From Podarcis vaucheri (Eukaryota): a DNA stretch of 64,000 bases. The notes beneath the pieces are model-generated. The model worked only from the letters and a program-made list of their open reading frames with translations. It ran no database searches and was not told where the DNA came from. The position numbers and the translations under genes were made by a program. The stretch is taken from NCBI GenBank assembly GCA_965113315.1, contig OZ220373.1, one strand, 5' to 3'. Below are positions 37,984-50,516 of the stretch, piece by piece. Every line of letters starts with the position of its first letter. The stretch's first letter is position 1.

Positions 37984-38559
37984 CTTCATTGTACAAGATA
38001 ATAAAAGACTGAGTCAGAATTATCAATGAATTTGGCAGGAAAAAAGCAACTGCGTTGATTAAAAGAGTGGCTTTCCTCTTGTTTATGGAAGCAGAGACTA
38101 CAACCGGGATGGCACAAAGCAAGCCAGGCTCATTTGTGCCCAAAGCCCTGTCCTAGTCCTGACACGATAAGGGAAGGCAGGCTCACTGAATCTGCTTCCA
38201 CTGTCACACCCCAATTACCGGTCCTGCTACCCTCCACTTTGTTAGAAGGCAAATGGCCTAGAGCAGGCCTGTAGGCTCTTGTATGATCAGGTTTAAAAAC
38301 GACAGAGGGACCTTCGGCATGTGGAGCAGGCGTCCTTCTGCAGATCTTCAGAGACCGACTGACATCCATGCATCAGAGATGGTGGGCCTACCAGGTGTGT
38401 CCCCATCCTCCCCTTACCAAACCCTAATCACATGAAGGCTCAAACACCTGAATATTGTGTCTAGATAAGATTCCTCACTCGCTTTTATCTTGCCAAGCCC
38501 CTTCCTTAACATTTTTAAAAGTATTTCAGTTTGTATCCTCTCTTTCTGCATATAGAACC

Positions 38560-39620
38560 AATGACAGTAACATCAATATCATCAATATCAATACAAATAT
38601 AATAAAACATTTGTAAGGCAACCATGATTCTTAGCTAAAATAAAATGGTGGGCAGATAAAACCTAGTAAAGACACAAAGCCAAAGGCTTGTCAAAATGAA
38701 CAGGTTGTCACCTGAAGGACATCTGACATGGCGCCTAGTGGGCATCTCTAGGGAGGGAGTTCCACAGCTTAGGAACTACCATGTAGAAAGGTCTTTTCTC
38801 ATGTCCCTCCTCATTCTCAGATATTGGCAGGATTGAGAGCAGTGCCTCTCTTGGAGATCTCTCAGCAGGCTTGTATGGGAAAGTCATAAACTGGTCTCAA
38901 TACATTTAGGCTGGAACCAGCACTTTGAATTGTTCCCAGAAACAGAAATAGTAATTTAGGAATCACATGCTCCCTACATAACTTCCCCCAGTTAACAGTT
39001 TGGCTCCAGAAATCTAAATTGGGTAAAGTTCCAAACATTGTTCAAAGAGTATTCCAATTATATATAACGAAGGCATGTATATATAACCAAGGCCAGATCT
39101 GACACCTATAGGAATGGGTATAGTAGGCACACCAGTGTGAACTGTCCAAAAACCACTGCCAAATCTGGAGATCTAGACTTATGAATAGATTCAGAAGAAA
39201 ACTCAAGCTATGAACCTGAGCCTTCAAGTGCAGTGTAAGCAAATCCTAGCATGGTTGAACCCTTATTCCCTGATCTGCCATTCCAGTCTTGTCTGGATTA
39301 AACTTTAATTTGTTCACCATCACGCAGACAGTAACGGAGCCAGACACCGACCCACAACTTCAGTTGTTTCCTTGTACTGAGATAGAAAGGAGATATATGA
39401 GTGGGACACCATCAGCATACTGATGACCCCAAACTCCCAAAACTTGGATGGCTTCACCCAAGGAAGCAGAATAGAGCCCCAGGAGACACTGTAGGTCAAT
39501 GGCCAAGGCATCAAATGGAAGTCTACCAGCTACATGCTTTGGAAACTTTGCTCCAGGAAAGATCGGGACTACCATAAAATGAGGGTCCTAAGTCCCATCC
39601 CAGCCATGTGATGTGTTGTA
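38560..39620 (-). mobile_element. Old L2-like LINE fragment
   Basis: Degenerate RT motifs (SVSWGSIL, HQYADG, LNPDKT) and an AT-rich 3' tail. Similar pieces at ~42340-42750, ~45960-46360 and ~60900-61130. Boundaries approximate. Confidence 0.6.
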
Positions 39621-39748
39621 TCTGTTTGGAGAAAAGTAGTAGCAAGTGAGGAAATAATATATTACCTCCCCCTACTTCTTTACTCCAAATTTCACATTCT
39701 AAAGCTGCAGGTTTTGTTTTTTTTAAATACCCTGAATCACTTTTAATA

Positions 39749-40073
39749 CAGTGGTACCTCGCAAGACGAATGCCTCGTAAGACAAAAAACTCGCTAGACG
39801 AAAGGGTTTTTTGAGCTGCTTCGCAAGACGATTTTCCCTATGGGCTTGCTTCGCAAGACGGAAACGTCTTGCAAGTTTGTTTCCTTTTTCTTAACACCTT
39901 TAATACAGTTGCGACTTGACTTTGAGGAGGACTTTTTTGAGGTTTTTTAAAGACTTTGGTGATTTTTGAAGCTTTTCCAAAACTTTCCCGACACCATGCT
40001 TCGCAAGACGAAAAAAATCGCAAGACGACAAAACTCGCGGAACGAATTAATTTCATCTTGCGAGGCACCACTG
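39749..40073. mobile_element. Tc1/mariner-type MITE
   Basis: TA|CAGTGGTACCTCGCAAGA ... TCTTGCGAGGCACCACTG|TA. Repeated internal TCGCAAGACG motifs. Confidence 0.92.
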
Positions 40074-40252
40074 TATGTGCTTTAATAGGCACACATTCAT
40101 GTAACATATAGTTAAGTCTCTGAAGCCTACTGATGCTGAAAATGTAAAAGTATCGTGAATAAGAATTTTGCTAAGATACAAAATGGTTTGTCAAGTAAGT
40201 TAAAGACATTCAGTATAATCTAATAGTTTTGTGGGGCAATATACTGTCTTAC

Positions 40253-40355
40253 CGCGTGTTGTTCTTAGATTTGTAGTAGTAGTGTAGACAGTCATTGCAG
40301 TGGTCTGGTCCTGGGCCACCACATCCCACTTTGCTGCACTCCGCATTGCATGGAC
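40253..40355 (-). CDS. PCSK5: PCSK5 exon (~15), first Cys-rich furin-like repeat
   Basis: PCNAECSKVGCGGPGPDHCNDCLHYYYKSKNNT(R). Bounded by caaag/ and /gtaaga, 103 nt. Confidence 0.96.
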
Positions 40356-40695
40356 CTTTGGCGAAAGCAGCGGGAGGGAGAAAGCAAATCACCATTTGTC
40401 TTTACTTCAAAGGAGTTGTTAGAAACTATTTGGTCTTATGTATTTGCTTTGGAAGTAAATAATAAAAATAAAATAAATCAAAACTGGAAATACGTATTGT
40501 GGGGAATTTTGGATTTCTGAACCAGACCCTGACTGATCTTTAGCCAGAGTCACTATCCAAGGTTTCTTGAACCAGGACATGACATTAATAGCATTATGTA
40601 AAAGCAAGAGAAAAAGGGACTGCTAATCTTTTACACTAGTATATTGGTGGGCATATTTGAGGCAGACACATCTGAAACATTCTGCTTCATATTAC

Positions 40696-40839
40696 CTGCA
40701 TAGTCATCTGCCCCATAATCTTCTGTAGGGTCTTCTATTGGACTTGAGCGTACTCGTTCGGCTTTTGGGAAATCATTTCTTGGGGAATAAGGCTGAACAG
40801 AAGTACCATAAAGTACTAAGGACCATTCTTTCAATTTAC
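40696..40839 (-). CDS. PCSK5: PCSK5 exon (~14), end of P domain and acidic linker
   Basis: KLKEWSLVLYGTSVQPYSPRNDFPKAERVRSSPIEDPTEDYGADDYA(G). Bounded by ctag/ and /gtaat, 144 nt. Confidence 0.97.
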
Positions 40840-41921
40840 CTAGGTGAGGCATATGAAAAACATGAGATGTGGAAAATACTTTTTCTAAATTTATTTTCTA
40901 TATTTGTATCATAGTCTGAGCTGTAAACAGAAAAAAATGTAACAAACATTTTAATAGTTATAATTAATACTAATAACACCAATACAAAAAATAAAATTGC
41001 TCATTTCCCCACCTGAAAAAACCTGTCAACAATGGCAGTATTAGTGCAGGAAAGAAATTACTTGGCACCACAATTACATAGGCCTTAAAATGTCCATTAA
41101 GCAATGTTGAGTGAGATTCTGATTTAGTCTTCTTCCATGTATGCCCCAGTTGTTTTCCAGTGCCACATATGCAAGCAATTTCCTACTATCCCCCCTCCTG
41201 CAGTACCCCACACTCTTAAACCTGCTCTAGAGGGCTGGAGAACCCTCCGGAGAAGATTTAGAGAGTCCAAGGAATTCCAGGGGATTGGGAGGATAGCTGA
41301 ACCTCTATTAGAGCTGAGTGGCATACAAGGAAGGAAATGGCAGGGAAAATTTGTCATTATTTTCCAAGGTGAGAATACAGTAAGCCCACAATTTACACAC
41401 ATTTAACTTGTCACATTCAAGCTTTACATGTTTGGTGAATCTATATATATATCTGTATTTACTCACACACAAAATAAAAAGAGGGTGGAAAGGGGGCAGG
41501 CATCTGGGAAAAAAGACTTTGGTAATCTTGCCCACCATTAAACCCGGTGTGTCTTGACTATACATGATTTGCCGTGATCCGCAGAACATAAACCCCCGCA
41601 TAGGATACACATCTATTGTATTCAACTATTTTCATTCTACTACTCCTACTATCCTCCCAGTGTCTCAGCTACCAAAACTTATAAACATGCATTAAAATGA
41701 AATGTACCAGAAAAATGATTTTGAAGTCACCCCAAATGAAACAGGAACATGGAAGTGCAATTATTTTAAAAAGTTTTATATCTCTTTCTAGTGTTTGTAA
41801 GTAGCTTTGAGTTCGTTTTTTTAAAAGTGACTGATAAATATACTACTACTACTACTACTACGAAACTTTTCTATCACTGGAACCTAAATGCACATCACTA
41901 ACAAAATTATAAAATTTGTAC

Positions 41922-42058
41922 CTGGAGTCTTGACGTTTCTTAGCTGTGACGGGGTATCATAAATTTCCAAAATCCAGTCACCAGCTGCTTTTTCACCCCA
42001 GCAATGAGTTGTCATAAACTCCCAGCTTTTAAACCCTTCCATGGAATGGTCAAATAAC
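41922..42058 (-). CDS. PCSK5: PCSK5 exon (~13), P domain
   Basis: LFDHSMEGFKSWEFMTTHCWGEKAAGDWILEIYDTPSQLRNVKTP(G). Bounded by aaag/ and /gtac, 137 nt. Confidence 0.97.
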
Positions 42059-43759
42059 CTTTTAAAGAAACCAGTAATAATATAAACTAACATAAAAATA
42101 CAAATACAAGAACACATAGGAACATACTTTTGCACAAATGTTTTATATTATATAAAGTAATATTATTAAAGAAACCAGGCAAGCCCATAAATCCAATTAC
42201 AGTAATGGATCCAGTTAAAATGTACATTGGAGTTCCTGTCTTCAACTTCCAGGAGAAATGGATGCAGGGTTATTCCTTCATTGCAGGGGGTTGGACTAGA
42301 AAACCCTTGGTGTCCCTTCCAACTCTATGATTCTATAGGATGCTACAAAAAGAGCCTGGGAGGAATGACATGACATGAAAGTGGGAGGCTGCCAGAGCGT
42401 GGACAACTGAGACCAGCCTATCCTGGACCAGGAACAGCTATAGCTGGTGGTCCAGCTTAAGTAGGACATAAGCACTCCAGTGGCAGCTTGAAATTCAGAT
42501 GCAACCCTTCCCAGAATAGGTTGTACACCTAATTTCCAGACTGGGAACTACCCACCAATAGCACCTCCATCTCAACAGGATTCAGCTTCATTTTTTGGCC
42601 TCCCATCGAGTCCAACACCTTCTCAGCCTCTCCTGATTCTGATGGAATGGAGAGATAGCGTTGCATGTCATCAGTACACTGATGACACCATGCTCCCAAT
42701 TTTCACATGCCAGCTCCCAAGAGTTTCATATAAATATTAAATAGCATAGAACAGTGGTTTTCAACCTTGCTGAGTCCACGGCTCCCTTGACAAACCACCT
42801 TCTTTTTGGGGCTTCCCAGTGGAAGCCACTTATACTGGGGTTCTGTTACAGGAGATGCATAAGTGGGGGTTTCTCTCTTCCACCCCTGCCCCATTCCACC
42901 CTGCCCCTTCTGGGGGCGGTTTTTGGCGTGCGTGTAAGTGGGAGTGCATGTGTTGATGGGAACCCAAGCAAGGCCACTGCTCTGCAGGGCTGAGCTGACA
43001 CACTCCACATGGCACCCCCAGACTGCCTTTCCCAAAACTGCCATCTGTCATGCATTGATCTAGTGGAGATTCCTGCATTGCAGGGGGTTGCACTAGATGA
43101 CCCTCAGAGTCCCTTTCAATTCTATTATCTAAAATATCTCTGTAACAAGCGTTTGTTTTAAACAAAGTATTCTGACTTTCAAAAGTAACCACTAGGCAAT
43201 AACTTATTTGAGAGGAAATAAAGTTCTTGTTTTGTTCTAAAAGTGCCTCATCCTTATTTAGATTCGCTGGTTGAGATTTAATTGGTCACAAGTTCCCCTC
43301 TACATACAGTAAACGCTACCACGGTTAATAAAAAACCTCTGTTGTGGGAATACAGGAAAATATTTATCAAATAACACACCTATAATAGCAGTCAGGTTAC
43401 CCATCTTCAGTGTGGGTGTGTCTGTCACACTTTCCTTCACCACTTTTTTGGGAAATATTATATAAACTGCTCAAATCTCTTTATTTTGTAACACTGAAAA
43501 CTTTGGACTGCTGAAACCTGAGACCTTTGGGCTGCTGACAATTGATTTCTTTTTTTTATAATCCTTGAGTATTATAAAACTTGAACAGTGAAATTAGGGA
43601 AACTAACAGTAATCTCAATATTGAATTTCAATGCCTTCTTCTTTATTAAAGGCCCCACATCTCAGGCCCCTGCTCCTTAAAAATAAAAATAATAAAAATT
43701 CTTTCAACACGAAGCTTTTGTTACATTTCTTACAAGGTTGATTGGTTTGCTGCGAAGTA

Positions 43760-44010
43760 CAGTCATACTTTGGAACCTGAACGCCTTGCGACTCGAACGT
43801 TTTGGCTCCTGAATGCCGCAAACCCGGAAGTGAGAGTTCCGGTTTGCAAACATTATTTGGAAGCCAAACGTCTGACATGGCTTCCGTGGCTACCGATTGA
43901 GTGCAGGAAGCTCCTGCAGCCAATCAGAAGCCATGCCTTGGTTGTCAAATGTTTTCGGAAGTCGAATGGACTTCCAGAATGGATTCCGTTCGACAACCAA
44001 GGTACGACTG
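43760..44010. mobile_element. Tc1/mariner-type MITE, relative of 24640-24880
   Basis: TA|CAGTCATACTTTGG ... CCAAGGTACGACTG|TA. Interior homologous to the 24640 copy. Confidence 0.88.
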
Positions 44011-44904
44011 TACTAGTGAGTCCTGAGCACACACTATCTTAATTTGCTCAGAAACTACATATGCAATTTTTATGCAAATTTGCACCACAAACCTGTGTCA
44101 ATTCCCCTGATTAACGGTATTTTGCATTTTGCCTTACATACAATAAAAATATAGGGCCCTGGATCATTGCAAAATAGCTATTCTTCTTTAAAAAATGTGT
44201 CTTTTTCATACTGTTTTGCAGTTTGAAAGAAACAAAAGTAAATGTTTTTCCCACATCTACTTACTGGTGCTGTTGTTTCCTAGTCTTCAGCAATACTTAT
44301 TTCCCCAGAGCCATAGAATCTATTTATTTTTTTATTCACTGCCTGCCTGCCTGGAATGATGCTAATACATTGGAACAGCACTTGTTTCTGTCAATTATAT
44401 CAACAGAAACACTCAGGGCCTTTTGGAGGTTTCATCAACATCCAGTTCAGACAGAGAAGTTGGGGCGTAGGCTATAGAGCATTAAAAATGGGTAGAATAC
44501 TTTCTAGAATTATATTTTTCACTGAAAAAAATAGAATGGAACAGTGGAAAGCAAGCATCTCATAAAAAAACAACAGGCTGAAGGGGAGAACAGTGCATTT
44601 TGCTTGTTTGCTTTCACAGTTTGATCAAGAGCTTTCAGTAATTCAGTGGCTGGTCAGGGTATCTGCCACGCTGGATCAATCTAAAGTTCCATGGACTCCA
44701 GCAGGGGCTGGCAAGATATTCTGAGGAAACTCAGACGCAGGGTGTGGGAGCCCTCCCACCCTCCTGTCTGCCCACAGGATCGGATTCTCAGAAGTATATC
44801 GCCTCTGAAGATGGCATGTTCCATTTCTTGCGACTGGGGCTGCTAGCTGCTGAAAGTTATTTTCTCACAATACTACGCTAAATAAACCATAGTTTAGGGC
44901 AGCA

Positions 44905-45143
44905 CTAGATCTATTGAGGTTAAGCTATAGGAGGGTAGATTTTAGTTTAACATCAGGAGAGACATCTTGGTAACAAGAGCACGTGGACGATGGAACCAAT
45001 TGCCCAGGGATGGGGTTGGGCCACCTCCACTACGGCTCCTCAAGGAGAAGCGTTGGAGACGTTCTTGCTCTGGAATTCCTCCACTGAGCAGGGGGCTGGA
45101 CCAGATGGTCTTAAAGGTCCCTTCCAAATTTATGATTCTATGA
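44905..45143 (+). mobile_element. CR1 3' fragment
   Basis: Ends GGGGCTGGACCAGATGG...GGTCCCTTCCAA...ATGATTCTATGA, a typical CR1 tail. Confidence 0.8.
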
Positions 45144-45929
45144 GTCACACTGAAAGTATGTGATCCCTGTCTCTTTCTAAGCTTGCGTTTTCCTCTACTT
45201 TTCTTCTGTTCTGTCCCTTGAATATCCAGTCTAACCACGTGAAAAGGGAGGTGTTAACTGTCATAAATTTTACAAACAATGCAAAGACTCCAGCAAATAA
45301 CAACAGAATCCAACCAATACCTAAAAGCAAACACTATCATTCTCACTAGCTTAAGGTGTTTTTTTAAAATGTGTAACCACCATTAAAAATTGAAGTATTC
45401 ATAGACAAAACCCTAACACTGTCTGATATAATAGCTTAACTGTCTAATAAAATGCACAATGAAGATTTGTTTATGTTTTAAGAGTTCAAGTGTTAAATAG
45501 ATCTTTGCAGTTCAAGCAATCTCAATAATCGTTTCCAAATCAAACCCACAAGATTAATGATGAATCAATGATTTTTCTGACTTCAGTAAAAACATGTGAA
45601 TTGCTGCTATTAATCATGTGTCTCCAAGGTTCACTGTGTCTGAAAAAAGTGTCTGAGTCAGTAGCAACACAGCACTGACCAAGGAGCGGGGATATCTGCT
45701 GCCAAGGCATTCTTGAGGCTAACAACATGCAACAATGTTTTCAAGCATTGCTTATCCTATCCTCCTTGCATTTCTGAATTCAAACAAGCTATTTTCTACA
45801 GAACAATGGTGATGCACATTTTCAACTGCAGCAACAGACCACCACATTTATTTTCAGTTACTTAGAAAGAAAATAACCTTGTAAACATTATTTTTGCATC
45901 CTTTTAGACATTTTTAAAAGAGCGTACCA

Positions 45930-45972
45930 GAAATAATAATAATAATAATAATAACAACAACAACAACAATAA
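45930..45972. repeat. (AAT)n(AAC)n compound microsatellite at a LINE tail
   Basis: Direct reading. Confidence 0.9.
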
Positions 45973-46874
45973 TATAAAATAAATTTATATACAGCCCTTC
46001 ATCCGAAGATCTGAGAGCAGTTAACAAGAAAAAAATACAAGATAAAAGCACAAATAAATAGTTAGAACAAAACCAAAACAAAACAAATCCTCCCAAACAC
46101 ATTTTGGTTTAATATTAATCAGCCCAAGGCCTGGTTGAAGAGGAATGTTTTCGTTGGTGCCTAAAGATGTATAATGAAGGCGCCAGATGAACCTCCCGGA
46201 GGAGAACATTCCACAAAGGGGAGCCACTGCAGAAAAGGCCCATTCTTGTGTGGCCACTCTCTGAACTTCTTATGGCATGGAGACACAAAGAAGAACCTCA
46301 GATGATAATCACAGGGTCTGGGTCAGTTTATATGGGGAGAGGGGTCCTTGAGGTATTGCAGTCCTTCAAAGGAAAGCATGGGGGGTGTGGGAGACACTGA
46401 TGACCTACCTTTCCAATATTACTTAGGATAACCTTAAAATAAAACCTGCCAATTACCCCTGACAAACATAGGGTATGCTACAGGCAAAGTTTAACACTTC
46501 TAAAGTTGACTTAGAAGTCATGAGCATAATTCTTTTCCACCAATACTTAACCATGTATTGTTTTCAATTTGAATTTATGTACTTGTTGCAGGCTGAACTT
46601 TATGTACCTTTCTAGACTTGGACAGAGCCAAACAAAATGTAGTTTAAGGCTCGCAGTGCCAGCGGATTAGGCCAAATGTAACAGCTATACCAAAGCAAGA
46701 TCATAAAATCTGACATTCTGCTAGTAGTGAAATGATGGTGCTGTAAGCAAGTATGCTAACTGAGGCTCCAATCCAAAACTTTTCATGCAGCATGTTGCAT
46801 GCATAATGTGGCTGTCCTGTCCCCTCCTCCCCATGCACGTCTGTGCACCCTTTAGAGCTGATCCTAACAGTTGA

Positions 46875-47118
46875 AGAAGAGTTTGGATTTGATATCCCGC
46901 TTTATCACTACCCTAAGGAGTCTCAGAGCGGCTAGCATTCTCCTTTCCCTTTCTCCCCCACAACAAACACTCTGTGAGGTGAGTGGGGCTGAGATACTTC
47001 AAAGAAGTGTGACTAGCCCAAGGTCACCCAGCAGCTGCAAGTGGAGGAGCGGGGAAGTGGACCCGGTTCACCAGATTATGAGACTACCGCTCTTAACCAC
47101 TACACCACACTGGCTCTC
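46875..47118 (-). mobile_element. tRNA-derived SINE (Squam3-like), full length
   Basis: Minus strand starts GAGAGCCAGTGTGGTGTAGTGGTTAAGAGC (A box), degenerate B box GGTCCACTTCC, (CTT) tail. TSD CAGTTGA at 46868-46874 and 47119-47125. Family name from recall. Confidence 0.88.
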
Positions 47119-48126
47119 CAGTTGAGAGACTCTCCAGATCATTGTGGGACATGCAACAGAGAGAGGAAGGAATTGTCAGAACTTGGGAGACTTGCACCAA
47201 GTTGGGAGACTTGGCAAGTTGCACATGTGGAAGTGTCACCTGCTCAGAGGTGGATTTAGGCCAGTGCAGTGGGTTGTGCTTCACTGGGCGCAGAGTCTAG
47301 GGGAAGCCAAAGGGTGTTGCAACTATGATGCAGTGAATTGAACAGAATGGAAGGCGAGAGGCAGGGGTGCAGAATTTTGGGCTTGCACAGCGTGCCACTG
47401 AAGTTTGAAGGACAAAAGTTCACCCATGACCTGGTCATGTGAGAGCACTAGCTAACAACTCTGGAGACTTAGCTGAAAAAGTCCTCACATTATGCAGTAT
47501 TAATTCTAAAGCAACAATAGCCCTAGCCAGACCATTAAAATTAATAGACAAGTCCTTTTCATCATTTCATTGACTCAAACCCAACCAACTGATTATGCTA
47601 AAGGATTCTTGGGCCACTTGTCCACTTACCCCAGAAAACAATCTCGTAAAAATCAGAGTCCATAAAATATCCTGTTAGACACTCTTGATCAGCACCAGAG
47701 CTCAAGAAAGACAGACAAGATCAACATAGTATCATGTGCGAAACACTCAGGTCAGACATGATAGGCTGGAACATCCACTCTGGCATTATCCTTATTTTCG
47801 AAGGACAACTTTAACAGCACGTCATTAGCAGCTATTCCTCCATCAACCATCGTCTTGCAATATTGATCTTGTTTCACTTCCTCTGTATTCTGCAATGATC
47901 TCATCCCTCAAGGATTTGTCAAAATCTATTGTGCCCAACGCTAAAGATTACAGCCTTATTCTAGCCACTGCTGATATTAACAGTGGCAGCAGATCTCCAA
48001 TTCCACTTCATTTTTTATTCTCTCCAATACATATCTAAGCGGTTTCTCCAGTTGCCTTTATTTAAATTGGGTACACCCTGGACAGTCAACCCTGATTGGA
48101 CTGAAAGTTGAATATGATTATTATAC

Positions 48127-48336
48127 CTGTTAGCCAATAGTTGAGATTTTGTTCCAGAAGGAGAAGTCAAATAAATTGCCAGGTCACCTCTCCGGGGATG
48201 TGTGACAGTGATGCGCACAACGACATGTTCCAGGTAGATGACATGGTGATTGGCATTATCTGCGCAGCCTGTCGCTTTGTATATTGAACGGACACCATTA
48301 TCTGGTCCATTACGAATATTATCTGGTCGTATTGTT
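48127..48336 (-). CDS. PCSK5: PCSK5 exon (~12), P domain with RRGD motif and a 7-aa insertion
   Basis: TIRPDNIRNGPDNGVRSIYKATGCADNANHHVIYLEHVVVRITVTHPRRGDLAIYLTSPSGTKSQLLAN(R). Bounded by aacag/ and /gtataa, 210 nt. Confidence 0.96.
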
Positions 48337-50398
48337 CTGTTTCAAAGACACCAACATAATCATGGTCTCCAGTGAATACTACAAATAATTTGTTATAAAT
48401 CACTTTTATCCTTGAACTGTGTATTGAATTTTGGTGATACTGAAATAGGCTTAAGCAGGATTTTTTTTTTACATGCCCGGGTAAGCTTAACATTCTATTC
48501 ATTAGATGAAATCAATTATACCCTCACTTAAATAGTACTACAGGCTAAAAGATAAGCATCACCACAGTTAACAAGAAAGCCAATTAGTTTACAGAAGTTC
48601 CAGATTCCAGAAAACAATTTATATTGTCTTTCATATTTTTCTATTAAAAATTATTTGAGCTGTACGAGTAGCCTCTTCTGAAAGCACAAATGAGAGATGA
48701 TTCATTTAAGTCACAAGCCACCATACGTGTCCCTGAAGTCTGGTTCATACAACCGTGTTAACCAAATGATAACTTTCACACACAGCTTGATATTGTGAAA
48801 CAACTAAAGATACATGCACTTTGATGTACGGTAGATTCCATATCATGTAAATCAGTAACTATCTTTGGAAGTGAGCTTGTCAAAAACAAAAGTTATAGCC
48901 AGGGCCACCAAAAAACAAGGCAAGGCAGGCTTGGAGAGGTGAAGGGTAGAAACAGCAACCAACCCCAAGGTGTTAGAAGCTCTATACATTATTAAACTGG
49001 TTTCTCTGCCAAATATGTTCTAGTTTACTTTTGGCTCAGGCTTTTATAAGCCTCTATGAGGCTGTCATTATAATTTGATTGGAATTATTAGATTTAGGCC
49101 TGATAAATACCACGTTAGACAGAAAAGTTGAGACAGGAAACCTGAGATCCAGACCACAAATAACTTTTGAATTATGGAAAGGGAGGACTGCAGAATAATT
49201 ATGTACAAAATTGCCATTGCTCATAATATCCTGGGGCATTGTTTCTGTGTCTGCATGGAATGCATAGGGAGCACAATGCTGTGAAGAAGCAGTCTGTTGA
49301 GCCCCACAGGGACCTCGCTGTGTATGGGCACAGCACCCGTACAGTATTCATCAAAGTAACAAAGGATTTAATTAAAATAAAAAAATCAGTCTGAATGGAA
49401 ACTTCATAAACTGACATTCACAGAACAGCAGCACAAATATCCTTAATATATTTCTTTATTCAAAAAACACCTGGTATCGTTCCTGCTGCAGTCCTCCCTT
49501 TCCCTGTGTGAGCTCAGTGAATGCATGTACAGAAGGGCGCAGGGATTTATGTTGCACCTATTTTCCTCTAGTCCTGACTTCCATGAATTCAACTGCAGGT
49601 CTGAGCAAAGCACATGTATTGGTACAGACTGCACATGCACAGACTTCCCTGATCATATAGCCAGAGCCGACATGGACTGGGAGTGAGAGCTTAGATCTTG
49701 GACCCAAACCCAGAAATGTTTGTGAGGTAGAAGTGTACTGAGTGCTGTCACTAGATGGATTCATCTCAAACGTCTATATATTATTATTAAACACAAAGCA
49801 TATTATATTAATGATATAATTTGTTATCTAGTATATCAAAGCTAACCAATAGATCCAGAACTACAAAAAAGAGGTTAGGGTCAACAATCAAACACATGGA
49901 AGAAAAGGAATGGCACAGCATGGTGCCTAAAATGTAAAAAGGTGCGTCTCCCAGGTGAGAATGTTCCCCAGTTGGGGAACCGCAGCTGAGAAGGTATTTT
50001 CTCTGCATCTCTACCACCCAGAGGAGAAGCCAATTGCTGACTTGGCACTTGATCATATTGGCTTGTTGTGAGTCTCACAGGCTAACAAGGCCCTGGCCTA
50101 GGGACCATAATTTTTATAATATGGCGATATTTTCAATGACAATGTTGGCACTGAAATAATAATTAAAAATATGAGTTATTATATATGTGCTTTGATTTGT
50201 AAAACACAAGCACAAAATTAAGTGATCCGCCAAGAATCTCAGAAATCTTCAAATGCCCAGTAGGAAAAAAAATATGTTTGAGAACCATTGCCTTAGGATT
50301 ATCTTACAGAAAACCAAACAAATACAAGCAGCAATGTACAGCCACAGTAAATATATATGCATGAATATGTGTCAACAAATGTCTTCAACAAGCATTAC

Positions 50399-50516
50399 TT
50401 GATTTGCCGATCTGTATTTTCAACACACACATGCTGTGGAGGGACTGTTGTCCACTTTTCTGCTTCTATCACCATGGCTTCAGCATCCATCAATCCAAAT
50501 CCATATAGGTGGCTAA
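50399..50516 (-). CDS. PCSK5: PCSK5 exon (~11), catalytic/P-domain junction
   Basis: SHLYGFGLMDAEAMVIEAEKWTTVPPQHVCVENTDRQI(K). Bounded by gcag/ and /gtaatg, 118 nt, phase fits neighbours. Confidence 0.97.

Noticed and set aside
39749-40073. Spaced TCGCAAGACG repeats resembling a CRISPR array
   Set aside because: Vertebrate DNA, repeats short and irregularly spaced, and inside MITE TIRs.
47040-47118. tRNA-like sequence
   Set aside because: It is the head of a SINE with body, tail and TSD, and the B box is degenerate.
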